Source: Promethearchaeia archaeon
GTDB taxonomy: Archaea; Asgardarchaeota; Lokiarchaeia; Sigyniarchaeales; SOKP01
Direction: 5' to 3'
Length of the DNA: 64,000 nucleotides
NCBI GenBank assembly: GCA_029856145.1
Contig: JAHQWK010000002.1
Coordinates: 160,001 to 224,000, forward strand
Part shown: positions 48,694-58,868 of the stretch, piece by piece
Position numbering within the stretch: the first letter of the stretch is position 1
Layout: every line of letters begins with the position of its first letter
Notes under the pieces: model-generated
Databases searched by the model: none
Told to the model about the DNA's origin: nothing
Seen by the model: only the letters and a program-made list of their open reading frames with translations
Program-made: the position numbers and the translations under genes

Positions 48694-49422
48694 TTACTTT
48701 TTAGGAAATTCTATTCTTAATCTTTCCCCATCTTTTAAATTAAGCTTATCTCTTAGGAAAGGAGCCGCTAGGATTTCCACGATATTTTTCTTATGGTGTG
48801 TTCTTTTAATTCTCAAAATAGCACCATTTATTTTATTAGCCTGATCATCTAAACGAGACACAATACAATCATAACAATCTACTGCTCCATATGTCCGTTT
48901 TACGCGCCCTTCTTCTTTTTCTTCTTCCTTTTCAAACCCAATAATTCTAACAGGGATTCGATTTTTTAAATTTTCTTCTAATAATTCTTTATTAAGATCA
49001 CTAAATTGTAGATTTAATGTTCCATAATAAGGTGTAAATCCTAATTTTTTTTTAAATTGTTCATAATATTCTTTAATTCTAACGTAATAACCTCCTTCTC
49101 CCATTCCTTCAGTGACTTCTCCCACTATCAGTATTTCTTCGAGGATTTGTTTTAAATCTTTATACATTGCAAGTATAACATCAGCACCTGTCTTCGTGAT
49201 TCTTATAATTTGTTCTTTCCCTGCAATCTTTCTTTGAATCCAACCTATTTCTTCTAATTGATTAATTCTTCTGGAAGCTGTTTGTTGAGATAAATTGAGG
49301 ATCTTGCCAAATTCAACACTACTAATATGAATAGCTTTACGACTTCCAATAATTTGGCAAAGATTATACAGTGCAAACCAATTTGCATAATTATCTGAAG
49401 AAATACTATCTTTAGCCTCCAT
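48694..49422 (-). CDS. ribK: CTP-dependent riboflavin kinase with N-terminal HTH (RbkR-like)
   Basis: SQQTASR HTH; GMGEGGYY, LGFTPYYGTLN, RTHH; start set at ATG 49422 overlapping the ribL stop. Confidence 0.9.
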   Translation of the reverse strand: MEAKDSISSDNYANWFALYNLCQIIGSRKAIHISSVEFGKILNLSQQTASRRINQLEEIGWIQRKIAGKEQIIRITKTGADVILAMYKDLKQILEEILIVGEVTEGMGEGGYYVRIKEYYEQFKKKLGFTPYYGTLNLQFSDLNKELLEENLKNRIPVRIIGFEKEEEKEEGRVKRTYGAVDCYDCIVSRLDDQANKINGAILRIKRTHHKKNIVEILAAPFLRDKLNLKDGERLRIEFPKK

Positions 49423-49888
49423 TCTGAAAATTTTCTTTTTTATTTTCTTTATGTTTTTCAATAATTTTTTGTTTTATTAAACTTGAACTATGCAACTCAT
49501 ATTTATCATAATAGATTTCAAGTCTTCTAACTTCAATATGATATAATCCTTTTTCCTTAAGCCCTTTTTTCAGAATTTCTACACTATATTTCTGATCAGG
49601 TCCTAAAAGAATAATATCTGGGTTAATTTCCTCAACTGTTTTAAGTGTATCATTATCATTTCTGCCTGACCTAGCATCCTTCACATTTTTTAAGTTTTTT
49701 ATTATCTCTAACCTTTGTTCTTGGGGAATAATTGGACGTTCACCTGAAAATAATTCACGATTTTTATCTGTAGCAACAACCACATATACATCTCCTAGTT
49801 TTGCGGCCTCATTAATAAGATAGATGTGGCCAGCATGAATAAGATCGAATGTACCAGTGACTAATACCCTTTTTTTTAGATCATTCAT
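49412..49888 (-). CDS. ribL: archaeal FAD synthase
   Basis: GTFDLIHAGH, LGPDQ, HSSS; adjacent to ribK. Confidence 0.88.
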   Translation of the reverse strand: MNDLKKRVLVTGTFDLIHAGHIYLINEAAKLGDVYVVVATDKNRELFSGERPIIPQEQRLEIIKNLKNVKDARSGRNDNDTLKTVEEINPDIILLGPDQKYSVEILKKGLKEKGLYHIEVRRLEIYYDKYELHSSSLIKQKIIEKHKENKKENFQNGG

Positions 49889-49931
49889 CTTTATGTACTT
49901 AAATATATAATTCAGATAAACTTAATTGGTT

Positions 49932-50543
49932 TTAGAGATTATTTTCAAAACATTTTTTCAAGTCATCCATTTGTATCGCTAGAGAGATATCGCCTCTTGT
50001 TTTTTCGATTAAATTTCTAGCAACATCTACTTTATGTCGTAAATCCTGAGTCACTCCAGCAGGGTAATCCAATGTAAACAAATACGTATAGATCTCATCC
50101 ATATTTTCTAAAATAGAATTTAAATCTTCAACACGAGAATTTCTAATATTATCTAGAGCGTACCTTCGCAACTCTCCAACAACATCTGCTAATCCTAATA
50201 GAAAATTTAAAGGATTAATCTTTAATTCAATGGGTGATGGAATCTCTTCCTTACTAATAATTGAATAAAAAGCAATTGATTCAGCAAATTCCTGCTCCGG
50301 AGTTTTCAAATATTTGAAAAAAATTCCAGGATTTTTATTAACTAATTTTAGTAAATCTTTATGTTTGATCTTAATTGTGTTTGTTCTTTCATGAAATTTA
50401 TCAAACTCTTTTCTATGAATATTTTTTATAGCAATACTACAATCTCTAACTATATCGCGAGACAATTTCAAAATCTCTTCTCTATCTTGATATAATATCT
50501 CTAATAAGTCAGTTATGTCTGAAAAAGCTTTTTTAAGATTCAT
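49932..50543 (-). CDS. translin/TRAX-family protein
   Basis: REEILKLSR, QEFAE, LGLADVVGELRR, LRHKVD. Confidence 0.88.
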   Translation of the reverse strand: MNLKKAFSDITDLLEILYQDREEILKLSRDIVRDCSIAIKNIHRKEFDKFHERTNTIKIKHKDLLKLVNKNPGIFFKYLKTPEQEFAESIAFYSIISKEEIPSPIELKINPLNFLLGLADVVGELRRYALDNIRNSRVEDLNSILENMDEIYTYLFTLDYPAGVTQDLRHKVDVARNLIEKTRGDISLAIQMDDLKKCFENNL

Positions 50544-50668
50544 AATAATAGATATTAATTTCAATAATAATTAATTTGAATTTTGAATATAATTATTTAT
50601 CAAAAGTAAGAAAAATATTTAGAATTTATTATAACATATTGGTTAAAAGACTAAAATAAGGATTTATC

Positions 50669-52729
50669 ATGAAAATCTTATTAATTCACTCTCAAGATGT
50701 AGAAGTCGTTAAAAATAAAGAAGCCACCAGCAATCCACAGGAATTTTCAGAGAAATTTATAAAAATGGAAGGTTTAATTCTTGTTTGTTTTGTTTCTGTT
50801 GAAGATCAAGATACATATGATACTAACTTAATAGCTAAACAAGGAGCAGACGAAATTGAAGCAGCAATATTACAGATTAATGGATTTCCAGAAAAACTTA
50901 GAGAAAAAAATGAAGAAATAAGAGAATACAATAAAAAGATTGAGAAAGGAGAAATAAAGGGAAAGCAAAGAAAAGTTTTGGAACTCATTAAAAATCGCGA
51001 TAAATATCGTGTTGATAAAGTGTTAATATATCCATGGGCTCATTTAAGTAAATTTCTTAGCAAAGATCAAAATGTTGTGGAAGTTTGTCCAAAAATAGCA
51101 GAAAACTTAGAAGAGAGGGGTATAGAAGCAAAATTTTCTCCATTCGGATGGTATAAATCATTTAAGATCGATTGTTTAGGCCATGAGATGGCTGAAATGT
51201 ATAGAGACGTAAAATTAGCTATAAAACCAGAAGAATATGTTAAAAATTCAATATTTAAAATTATTACAACTTCAGGAAAGGAGTTGAATGTAGAGTTTGA
51301 CGAAAATAATGAAGTTTTACTACCTAAAGAGACAAAAGATCAAGACTTTCATATGTTTTTAAAATCAGAATTAGGGTCAAGAAAGGTTGATAAAGCAATT
51401 GAACCTGTTCATATAAAAATAATGAAAGAATTTGAATTAGTGGATTTTGATCCTAATACTGATGCAGGAAATTTAAGGTGGTATACAAAAGGAGTTATAA
51501 TGAAGAACTTGATTAAAAATTTTATAGAAGATCGATTAATAGATTATGGGGCAATACTTATTGATACTCCAATTATGTATACAGTTAAAAAAAAAAAATT
51601 AACAGCTCAAACTGCTCGATTTCCAGCTAGAAGTTATTGGCTTGAATCTGGAAAAGATAGATATCTTTTAAGATATGCTAGTGACTTTCTTTTATTTGAT
51701 TTGTTTTCTCAAATGAATTTAAAACCTCAATATCTTCCATTAAGAGTATATGAGTATGAACAGTATGATTTTCGAAGAGAACAAGAAGGTGAACTATCAG
51801 GTTTAAGACGATTACGTGGTTTTATCATGCCAGACCTTCATACGTTATGTAGGGATATAAAATCTTCAATTGAAGAGTTTATAAAACAATATGATTTAAT
51901 TAAGGATCTTGAAAAGGACTTAGGTATAAAATCCTATGTTATATTCAGAGTAACAAGAAAGTTTTATGCAGAAAACAAGGATTGGATTATAAATTTAATA
52001 AAAACAGAAAAATATCCCGCGTTATTAGAATTATGGGAAGAAAGATACTATTATTATATTTTGAAATTTGAAAGAAATGTATTGTCTAATCAAAATAAAA
52101 GTGCGACCTTAGCTACAAATCAAATTGATGTTGAAAGCTCGTTAGAGCATATGATTGATAATGATGGTGTAAAAAGGGAAAAGTATAATATTTCTTTTAT
52201 TGACACTGACGGTCAAGTGAAATACCCAATTATTCTTCATAATTCTCCAACTGGTGCTGTGGAAAGAATTTTATGGGGTTTGATCGAATCTGCTATTCGA
52301 AATAAAGATAAATTAGTTCCTGGGTTCAAGACGTGGTTATCTCCAATACAAGTAAGAATTATAACTGTTAGTGATGAACAAAACGAATATGCTGAGAAAT
52401 TACTTAATATCATCAATGGGGAAGAGTTTAGAGCAGACTTTGATGATCGAGAAGAAACTGTAGGAAAGAAAATAAGACAATCTGAAATCGAGTGGATACC
52501 ATATACAGTAATAATTGGTAAAAAAGAACAACAGAATCAAACAATTTCTATTAGAAAGAGATTGATTGGTGAACCATTTGGTCCAAAAAAACAAACATCA
52601 GAACAGATTAATAACGTTAAGTTTGATAAATTGCTAGAAATGCTTGAAGAAGATACAAGGAATTTCCCAAACTACAAATTACCAATACCTTTTAGAAGGA
52701 TCTCAACGAGAATTTATTTTAGACATTAA
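50669..52729 (+). CDS. thrS: threonine--tRNA ligase (archaeal type, N-terminal editing domain)
   Basis: MKILLIHS, YPWAHLS, PFGWYK, FRREQEGEL.GLRRLRGF.MPDLH, ILHNSPTGAVER. Confidence 0.96.
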   Translation: MKILLIHSQDVEVVKNKEATSNPQEFSEKFIKMEGLILVCFVSVEDQDTYDTNLIAKQGADEIEAAILQINGFPEKLREKNEEIREYNKKIEKGEIKGKQRKVLELIKNRDKYRVDKVLIYPWAHLSKFLSKDQNVVEVCPKIAENLEERGIEAKFSPFGWYKSFKIDCLGHEMAEMYRDVKLAIKPEEYVKNSIFKIITTSGKELNVEFDENNEVLLPKETKDQDFHMFLKSELGSRKVDKAIEPVHIKIMKEFELVDFDPNTDAGNLRWYTKGVIMKNLIKNFIEDRLIDYGAILIDTPIMYTVKKKKLTAQTARFPARSYWLESGKDRYLLRYASDFLLFDLFSQMNLKPQYLPLRVYEYEQYDFRREQEGELSGLRRLRGFIMPDLHTLCRDIKSSIEEFIKQYDLIKDLEKDLGIKSYVIFRVTRKFYAENKDWIINLIKTEKYPALLELWEERYYYYILKFERNVLSNQNKSATLATNQIDVESSLEHMIDNDGVKREKYNISFIDTDGQVKYPIILHNSPTGAVERILWGLIESAIRNKDKLVPGFKTWLSPIQVRIITVSDEQNEYAEKLLNIINGEEFRADFDDREETVGKKIRQSEIEWIPYTVIIGKKEQQNQTISIRKRLIGEPFGPKKQTSEQINNVKFDKLLEMLEEDTRNFPNYKLPIPFRRISTRIYFRH

Positions 52730-52805
52730 AACTACTCTTAATTTCTATTAAAAAAATATTTATGCGATCTGTTATTTTAAGCATAAATAACCTTTTTTTA
52801 TTGTT

Positions 52806-53429
52806 ATGAAAGTTAAAGCAATCATTTTTGATTTAGGAGGAGTACTTATAGATTTAGATTTTTCTAACTTTTATAATAAAATAATAATTCAATCTCCTTT
52901 AAATAAACCTCAAACTCCAATTATGTTAGAGTTTTTTAGACAATCTGACATGTATCATCAAGGGAATATGACTGATGATGAGTTTTATCAACTTGCATGT
53001 GATCTCCTCCAAGTTTGCATGTTGAATCAATCTGATTTTTTTGATGCTTTTAACAGTATTATATCGGGTTTTAATTCAAATGTGGCAGAAATAATTAATA
53101 AAATCCGAGAAAGTAATCAATATAAGTTAATTGCTTTATCCAATGTTAATTCCAGCCACTGGGATTATATATTAAATAAAAAATGGAATTTTATTGATTG
53201 GTTTGATGAATTAATTTTATCACATGAAACTCATTTAATTAAACCAAATCCTAAAATCTTTGAATATGCAATTAAAAAGGCCGGTTGTAAACCAAGACAA
53301 ATTGTGTATATAGATGATGGGTTGAATAATATACGTTCTGCCAAAGAATTGGGAATAATATGTATAAAATACACTAATTCAGAAGAGCTGTTAGAAGAAC
53401 TTAAAAAGTTAAATATTATTAAGGAATAG
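52806..53429 (+). CDS. HAD-family phosphatase (YihX-like)
   Basis: FDLGGVL, LSN, KPNP, IDD. Confidence 0.88.
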   Translation: MKVKAIIFDLGGVLIDLDFSNFYNKIIIQSPLNKPQTPIMLEFFRQSDMYHQGNMTDDEFYQLACDLLQVCMLNQSDFFDAFNSIISGFNSNVAEIINKIRESNQYKLIALSNVNSSHWDYILNKKWNFIDWFDELILSHETHLIKPNPKIFEYAIKKAGCKPRQIVYIDDGLNNIRSAKELGIICIKYTNSEELLEELKKLNIIKE

Positions 53430-53448
53430 CATTCATGGATTAATTTAA

Positions 53449-53973
53449 TTATTCATTTATATCTTGAAGACACGCTTTTGCGATCTTTTCAAACGCAATT
53501 TCTACATTTTCTCCTGTTTTTGCTGAAGCCTCCATGTATTCACAACTCAACCTCTTAGCTAAATCTTCTGCTTCTTCTCGATCAACTTCTCTTTCTAAAT
53601 CAACTTTATTACCCAAAAGTAGCATTGGTATAGTCTTTTTTACCGTTTTCTTAATAGAACTTACCCACCCCGGAATTTTTAGAAGCGTTTGACTAGATGA
53701 TAAATCAAAAACACCAAGTGCAGCATTACTACCTTTAAAGTAGATTGTCCTGAGTTTGTGGAATTGGGGTTGTCCTCCTATGTCCCAGAGAAGAAGACGT
53801 ATGTTTTTTCCATCGAGTTCTACATCTTTAATAAGGAAATTGCTTCCAATTGTCTTCTTTAGATCATCACTAAAGTAATCTTTTATATACCGCAATAAAA
53901 GAGATGTTTTACCTACACCTCCAGGTCCAAAAAGGGTTATCTTGAATTTATATTGAGAATCTGGGCTCATCAT
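53449..53973 (-). CDS. Rab-like small GTPase (Ras superfamily)
   Basis: G1 GPGGVGKT, G2 TIG, G3 WDIGGQ, G4 NKVD, G5 SAK. Confidence 0.93.
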   Translation of the reverse strand: MMSPDSQYKFKITLFGPGGVGKTSLLLRYIKDYFSDDLKKTIGSNFLIKDVELDGKNIRLLLWDIGGQPQFHKLRTIYFKGSNAALGVFDLSSSQTLLKIPGWVSSIKKTVKKTIPMLLLGNKVDLEREVDREEAEDLAKRLSCEYMEASAKTGENVEIAFEKIAKACLQDINE

Positions 53974-54136
53974 TAAGTTCCTCTTATGAAATCAATATTC
54001 AATATATTAATTTGAAAGTTAATTAATACAATTTTATATACTATGAATTAACTTTAATGATAATTAATTCATCGCTTATAATTTCATAATATCTTTTAAA
54101 GATATTTATATCTTTATAATAAAGCCTAATTATTTT

Positions 54137-55429
54137 TTAATTTGTTTTAAAAGAGATCTCTTTTACGACTTTTTCTTCTTTTTTTCCAGAACTTCCGATT
54201 TTTCTCACCATCCATTCAGGTGTTCCAACACCACCAAAATATTTCAACCAAATATACATAAGTAACCCTAAAAATCCACAATAACCGACCCAGACAATTG
54301 GATAAAATATAATTGAAAATTGGCCGCCATATAGAGGTAAGAATAAATATTGAATTAAGAAAAGAGAAAGACTCGTTTTTCCGTAAAATAAAACTAATTT
54401 TATGACATCATTGGTTTTATTTTTTATATCGAGAAAATAAAAGCATACTGCAATAAGTAAAAAAGCAACACCAAGATTGTAGAACATATTGTGGGCAGTA
54501 CATCTTACCATATACATTGGCATTGCGTCAAAATGATAATAAGTTTGCTGATTAGCGATTCGCAATAAATCAATATGTAAATACTCCGAAAGCACAAGTT
54601 CACCGGGAGTCGAAGGGGACCCAGGAATAACTCGTGCTAATCCAGTTTCCCATATGTTGAAAGCAACCCCCCTTGGAACAATTACGAATATTCCAACTAA
54701 GATAAATACAATACCGTAAATGGCAAATATTCGAAATAACCTATAATAAGCTTGTTTAGTCCCTTTTATCATTGCATCGTAAAGAAACTCCCCAAATATA
54801 GTAGACATGAAACAAACTGCTAAGAAGGGTAAAATTGGTACTTGAGCAAGTGGAGAAGTTATAATAAAATGTAGGATATAAACCCCTATATTTATATCCT
54901 TGAATTCATAGAGGAGCTCCCGAATCCATGGAGAAAAGTAAATAATTATTACACCAATTACAGCTCGAGTAATCTTGTTGAATTTTATGGCATAGTAAGA
55001 TAAAATCTGAGAGAATCCAATAAACATTAATATGTTCCAACCCCACAAATTTGCAGGGAATGGAACTGAAACACCTGAAGTTAGTAAAGACATTGGATTG
55101 AATAGTATACCTATAATAATGATTACTCCTCCTCTTATAAAAATCCCATTGCGAATTGCTTTATCTGATACTTTTCCTTTTTTTCTTTTCAAACTGAAAA
55201 CAACACTAAGAGCTGAGAGAAAAACAAATAAAGTAGGACCCAAAACATCCAAAAAAGAAAAGATAAGTCCATAGAGATACACCCAATCGCTATCCAACCA
55301 ACTAACAGCTGCATGAGCTAATATTATAAAAATTATCGCAAACCCTTTAACAAAATCTATTGAAGCAATACGTTTTTTTGTATCATTATTAATATCATTG
55401 TTGAATTCTTCTTCAATTGTCATCGACAT
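54137..55429 (-). CDS. HGSNAT/DUF1624-like membrane acyltransferase
   Basis: RIASIDFVKGFAIIFIILAH, WNILMFIG, GKTSL; multiple TM. Confidence 0.8.
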   Translation of the reverse strand: MSMTIEEEFNNDINNDTKKRIASIDFVKGFAIIFIILAHAAVSWLDSDWVYLYGLIFSFLDVLGPTLFVFLSALSVVFSLKRKKGKVSDKAIRNGIFIRGGVIIIIGILFNPMSLLTSGVSVPFPANLWGWNILMFIGFSQILSYYAIKFNKITRAVIGVIIIYFSPWIRELLYEFKDINIGVYILHFIITSPLAQVPILPFLAVCFMSTIFGEFLYDAMIKGTKQAYYRLFRIFAIYGIVFILVGIFVIVPRGVAFNIWETGLARVIPGSPSTPGELVLSEYLHIDLLRIANQQTYYHFDAMPMYMVRCTAHNMFYNLGVAFLLIAVCFYFLDIKNKTNDVIKLVLFYGKTSLSLFLIQYLFLPLYGGQFSIIFYPIVWVGYCGFLGLLMYIWLKYFGGVGTPEWMVRKIGSSGKKEEKVVKEISFKTN

Positions 55430-55611
55430 TTTTTATCCTACTCATTCTAATAAGAAGATAAGGAAAACCAATAATTTCCTAACTAAAATTTTATATTACT
55501 AATATTGAACATTAACACTATTTAAAACCTTTCTTTATCGTTATAATTAGTGCAATCTACTCGTAAAAGCTCTGTTTTGCAAAAATAATCTTTATAAATC
55601 TTCTATAAATT

Positions 55612-56913
55612 CTATCTAACTTGATTTTTATAATACACAATTAAGCAGTAATATAATAGCATCAATAATATTAATCCACCAGCGTTAAAAGGGAAGAATA
55701 CATAGGTTAGATAAAAAATTCCCCAGAAAATGACCATTAATATAGCTAAAAGATAATGAAGATACTTGAACATTTTATAATATCTAAATTCCTTATTGAT
55801 GAGAATAAAAAAAACCAAAAAAGGAGTTAGAACAACAAGATGGTGGGGCCAAGAATCAAAATAAACAATTAGAAGCACCAAAATCCCTGCCATATATCCA
55901 TTAATTAAATTAAGAGGGTGATCAGAATCTTGAATATATAAAAAATATATTGGAATCAATATAACCAAGGTTATTACAATAAAAACTAGAAAGCCATTAA
56001 CATCTACAGTTATTAATTGGAAGAAAATTAAAACAATTCTTGTAAGACTGAATGATGGATTTATTTCAATGCCTCCTTCAAGAGCATATGTATATTCTCC
56101 AGTAAGATTGACAGTAATAAAATCGGCAAACATCTGAGGATAAATTAAAAAATATATTCCTGAGAGCATTATTAAAATGATAGATCCTAATAATCGAATG
56201 ACAGATTTTTGAAGATTAAAAGAAAATTTCTTGCGTTCTCTATCATAATTAAAAATTATTAAAAATGGTAAGATTAAAATTAAGGTAGGGCGAATTAGAA
56301 TTCCTAATCCTAATAAAAAACCTCCTATTAATTCATTCCTAACACCTCCTTTCAAGAAATAAAATAATGAAGAAAGAATGAAAACTGATACCAATATATT
56401 TATCTGTCCCAAGAAGTAATTCATAAATTGTGGTAACATTATTAGAAAAATGGCACTTTGATGAAGAATAGATTCATTTTCTTCTCTATCAAATACCTCT
56501 TTAAAATTATTAAGTTTGTAGTTAAATTTAGAGTTATTACGCAAGTTCTTGTAAACCTGAATAATTTTATATATTAAATAAATTATTAAGATGTTTAGAA
56601 AAAAATTGAAAATTTGGAATACAAAATAGCCTAATTCTAATCCCAAAAGTGAAAATGGAGTAAAAAAATAGGCAGAAAGTGGTAAATATCTAAAAGGAAA
56701 TGGTGAAAGTAAAGTGTTATATAAATTAGGTAAATCTTCTATAACATTCAAACCTGCATAATAAAATGAAAGATAATCATTTTCATCAATATTCATTAAG
56801 GGGCTATTTAAAAAATAAAAAAAAATGAAAGTTAAGATCAAATAGAAAATATTTACAATACAAGCTATTAAAAAAAATAATCGTGTTTTTTGCATTAGAA
56901 ATCCTGTATCCAC
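55612..56913 (-). CDS. GT87 / DUF2029 (GT-C) membrane glycosyltransferase
   Basis: NDYLSFYYAG, FRYLPL, LGQIN, IRP, SWPHH. Confidence 0.8.
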   Translation of the reverse strand: MDTGFLMQKTRLFFLIACIVNIFYLILTFIFFYFLNSPLMNIDENDYLSFYYAGLNVIEDLPNLYNTLLSPFPFRYLPLSAYFFTPFSLLGLELGYFVFQIFNFFLNILIIYLIYKIIQVYKNLRNNSKFNYKLNNFKEVFDREENESILHQSAIFLIMLPQFMNYFLGQINILVSVFILSSLFYFLKGGVRNELIGGFLLGLGILIRPTLILILPFLIIFNYDRERKKFSFNLQKSVIRLLGSIILIMLSGIYFLIYPQMFADFITVNLTGEYTYALEGGIEINPSFSLTRIVLIFFQLITVDVNGFLVFIVITLVILIPIYFLYIQDSDHPLNLINGYMAGILVLLIVYFDSWPHHLVVLTPFLVFFILINKEFRYYKMFKYLHYLLAILMVIFWGIFYLTYVFFPFNAGGLILLMLLYYCLIVYYKNQVR

Positions 56914-56928
56914 TATTTAATAAGCAGA

Positions 56929-58305
56929 TTATTCATTTCCATCATCTTTACTTAATTTCTTCATGAAATCTTCCATTTTCTTAACTTTTTCGCGTTTTTT
57001 AATTATTGAATACATCTTTTTAGTGGTTTTTTTGACAGCCTGTCCTGATTTTTCTCCAATTCGACCTAGCATCACCATTAAAAATTCAGGTGACCCGACT
57101 CCTTTAGCATATTCCATCCAAAAATACATAAGGATTCCTAAAAATCCTATATATGAAAGACTAATAGTCAGAAATAACGCGATATTTAATAGTTGAGAAA
57201 AAAGTGGCATAAATATAAAATGTATCAAGAATAAACTTAGGGAGACTTTACCATAATATACTAACATACTGGTGAAATTATTATATTTCTTCTTAATATC
57301 AATCAAAAAGAAGAATATTGCAATTATAGTTAAAGCAGCTCCTTGATTGTAAAACATATTAGCACTAGTACCTCTTATTAAAAATAATGGCATTCCAGGG
57401 ATCTCAAAGTAAGTTTGATTTTGGGCTATTCCTAATAATTCTAAATGTGGATATTCAGCTATTCCTCCAATCATAGTATCAACTGTTTGCAGCTCAAAAC
57501 CAAAAGAAGGAAGTGGAGCAAAAATCCCGATAATAATAAAAACAATACCCCAGACTAAAAATATGCGGAAAAGTCCTACATAGGCATCATCAGTTCCTTT
57601 ATTCATTGCTTCAAAAATGTATTCACCAAATATTGTTGAAATGAAACAAATAGAAACCCATGGTAAAAGAGTCAGATGAGGGGTTGGAGAGGTCACTATA
57701 TAATGGAAAACACCTAATATGAGGTTTCCCGCTTCCTTTCCTTCAAAAAGAATAGCTCTTAAAGCAGGAGAGAAAACTATTATTATTAATCCAATTATTA
57801 TCCGCCATTTTTTCTTTAGTTTTAAAATATAAAAGGAAAAGATCTGAGAGAATCCAATAAAAGTAATGATATTCCAACCAAAAATCACTAAAGTAACTCT
57901 CCCGTCTACAATCGCAACTAAATTCGTAAGCATTCCTAATACAATCATTACGATTCCTCGCGTAAAAATACGATTTCGGATAATTTTTGGGTGAACAATA
58001 CCTTCCTTCCTTTTAATACTAAATATAACACTTAATGCTGAAAGGAATACGAATAAAGAGGGACCAAGAATATCTAATAAAGCATAGAGGAGACCATAAA
58101 GATATCTAGAGCTCGGATCAAGCCAGAATTGGGCAGTATGAGCTAAAATTACAAAAATAATAGCAAAACCTTTAAGGAAATCTATAGACAAAATTCGTTT
58201 AGGTGATGCATAATCTCTTATATCTTCAATAGGTATCTCTTGTTTTAAATAATTGAACAAAGGAGGGGACTCTGTTTCGATTTCTGATAATGATTGGGAA
58301 GACAT
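56929..58305 (-). CDS. HGSNAT/DUF1624-like membrane acyltransferase, paralog of 54137-55429
   Basis: RILSIDFLKGFAIIFVILAH, LGPSLFVFLSALSV, GWNIITFIGFSQI. Confidence 0.8.
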   Translation of the reverse strand: MSSQSLSEIETESPPLFNYLKQEIPIEDIRDYASPKRILSIDFLKGFAIIFVILAHTAQFWLDPSSRYLYGLLYALLDILGPSLFVFLSALSVIFSIKRKEGIVHPKIIRNRIFTRGIVMIVLGMLTNLVAIVDGRVTLVIFGWNIITFIGFSQIFSFYILKLKKKWRIIIGLIIIVFSPALRAILFEGKEAGNLILGVFHYIVTSPTPHLTLLPWVSICFISTIFGEYIFEAMNKGTDDAYVGLFRIFLVWGIVFIIIGIFAPLPSFGFELQTVDTMIGGIAEYPHLELLGIAQNQTYFEIPGMPLFLIRGTSANMFYNQGAALTIIAIFFFLIDIKKKYNNFTSMLVYYGKVSLSLFLIHFIFMPLFSQLLNIALFLTISLSYIGFLGILMYFWMEYAKGVGSPEFLMVMLGRIGEKSGQAVKKTTKKMYSIIKKREKVKKMEDFMKKLSKDDGNE

Positions 58306-58443
58306 TTTAACTCAATTCTCTATATATATTTATTTCTTTTTGAAACCTAAGAAAAATTAATATTTTCAAAATTTATTTTAATATTATTCTTTTCGAATTT
58401 TTATAATTTTTAAATTTTATCAAAAAAATTTATATGAAATTTT

Positions 58444-58866
58444 ATGGAACTCAAAAAATACATTAATACATATATAGTTGGTTTTATTGGTTCATTAGTA
58501 TTACTATTATCTGAATTTTTTTCATGGTTCTCTGACTATAATTTAATTGAGGAATATATTTTTTATAGCATAACACCTATAGAAGACTCTTTTCTATATC
58601 TATTTCCGTTATTAAGTGGTATTATTTGCTTAATTGCTAGTATTTTAGTAATATATAAAATTGAGTTAAAAGTTAAATCTGTTATACTATCTCTTGTTGG
58701 GTTAGGATTTTTTGTAGTGTTTTTTATTGATTATATTATTCACGAAATTATTACCTTCCCAAACCCAGGTATTGGTTTCTATTTAGGGGTAGCTGGATTT
58801 CTATTAATACTTTTTAATATATTAAATATGCTATTAACAATCGAAAAACAAACAGAAGGTAATTAA
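58444..58866 (+). CDS. 4-TM membrane protein
   Basis: 140-aa hydrophobic ORF, GIGFYL motif. Confidence 0.65.
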   Translation: MELKKYINTYIVGFIGSLVLLLSEFFSWFSDYNLIEEYIFYSITPIEDSFLYLFPLLSGIICLIASILVIYKIELKVKSVILSLVGLGFFVVFFIDYIIHEIITFPNPGIGFYLGVAGFLLILFNILNMLLTIEKQTEGN

Positions 58867-58868
58867 GA

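Noticed and set aside
6680-53973. A prenylation system made of the prenyltransferase-like protein, CPBP protease and Rab-like GTPase
   Set aside because: The genes are tens of kb apart and the GTPase has no C-terminal Cys motif.
1112-57196. Many short antisense or overlapping ORFs in the track (e.g. 1112-1402, 3490-3786, 19878-20237, 30255-30524, 38694-39047)
   Set aside because: They shadow well-supported genes on the other strand and have no motifs of their own.
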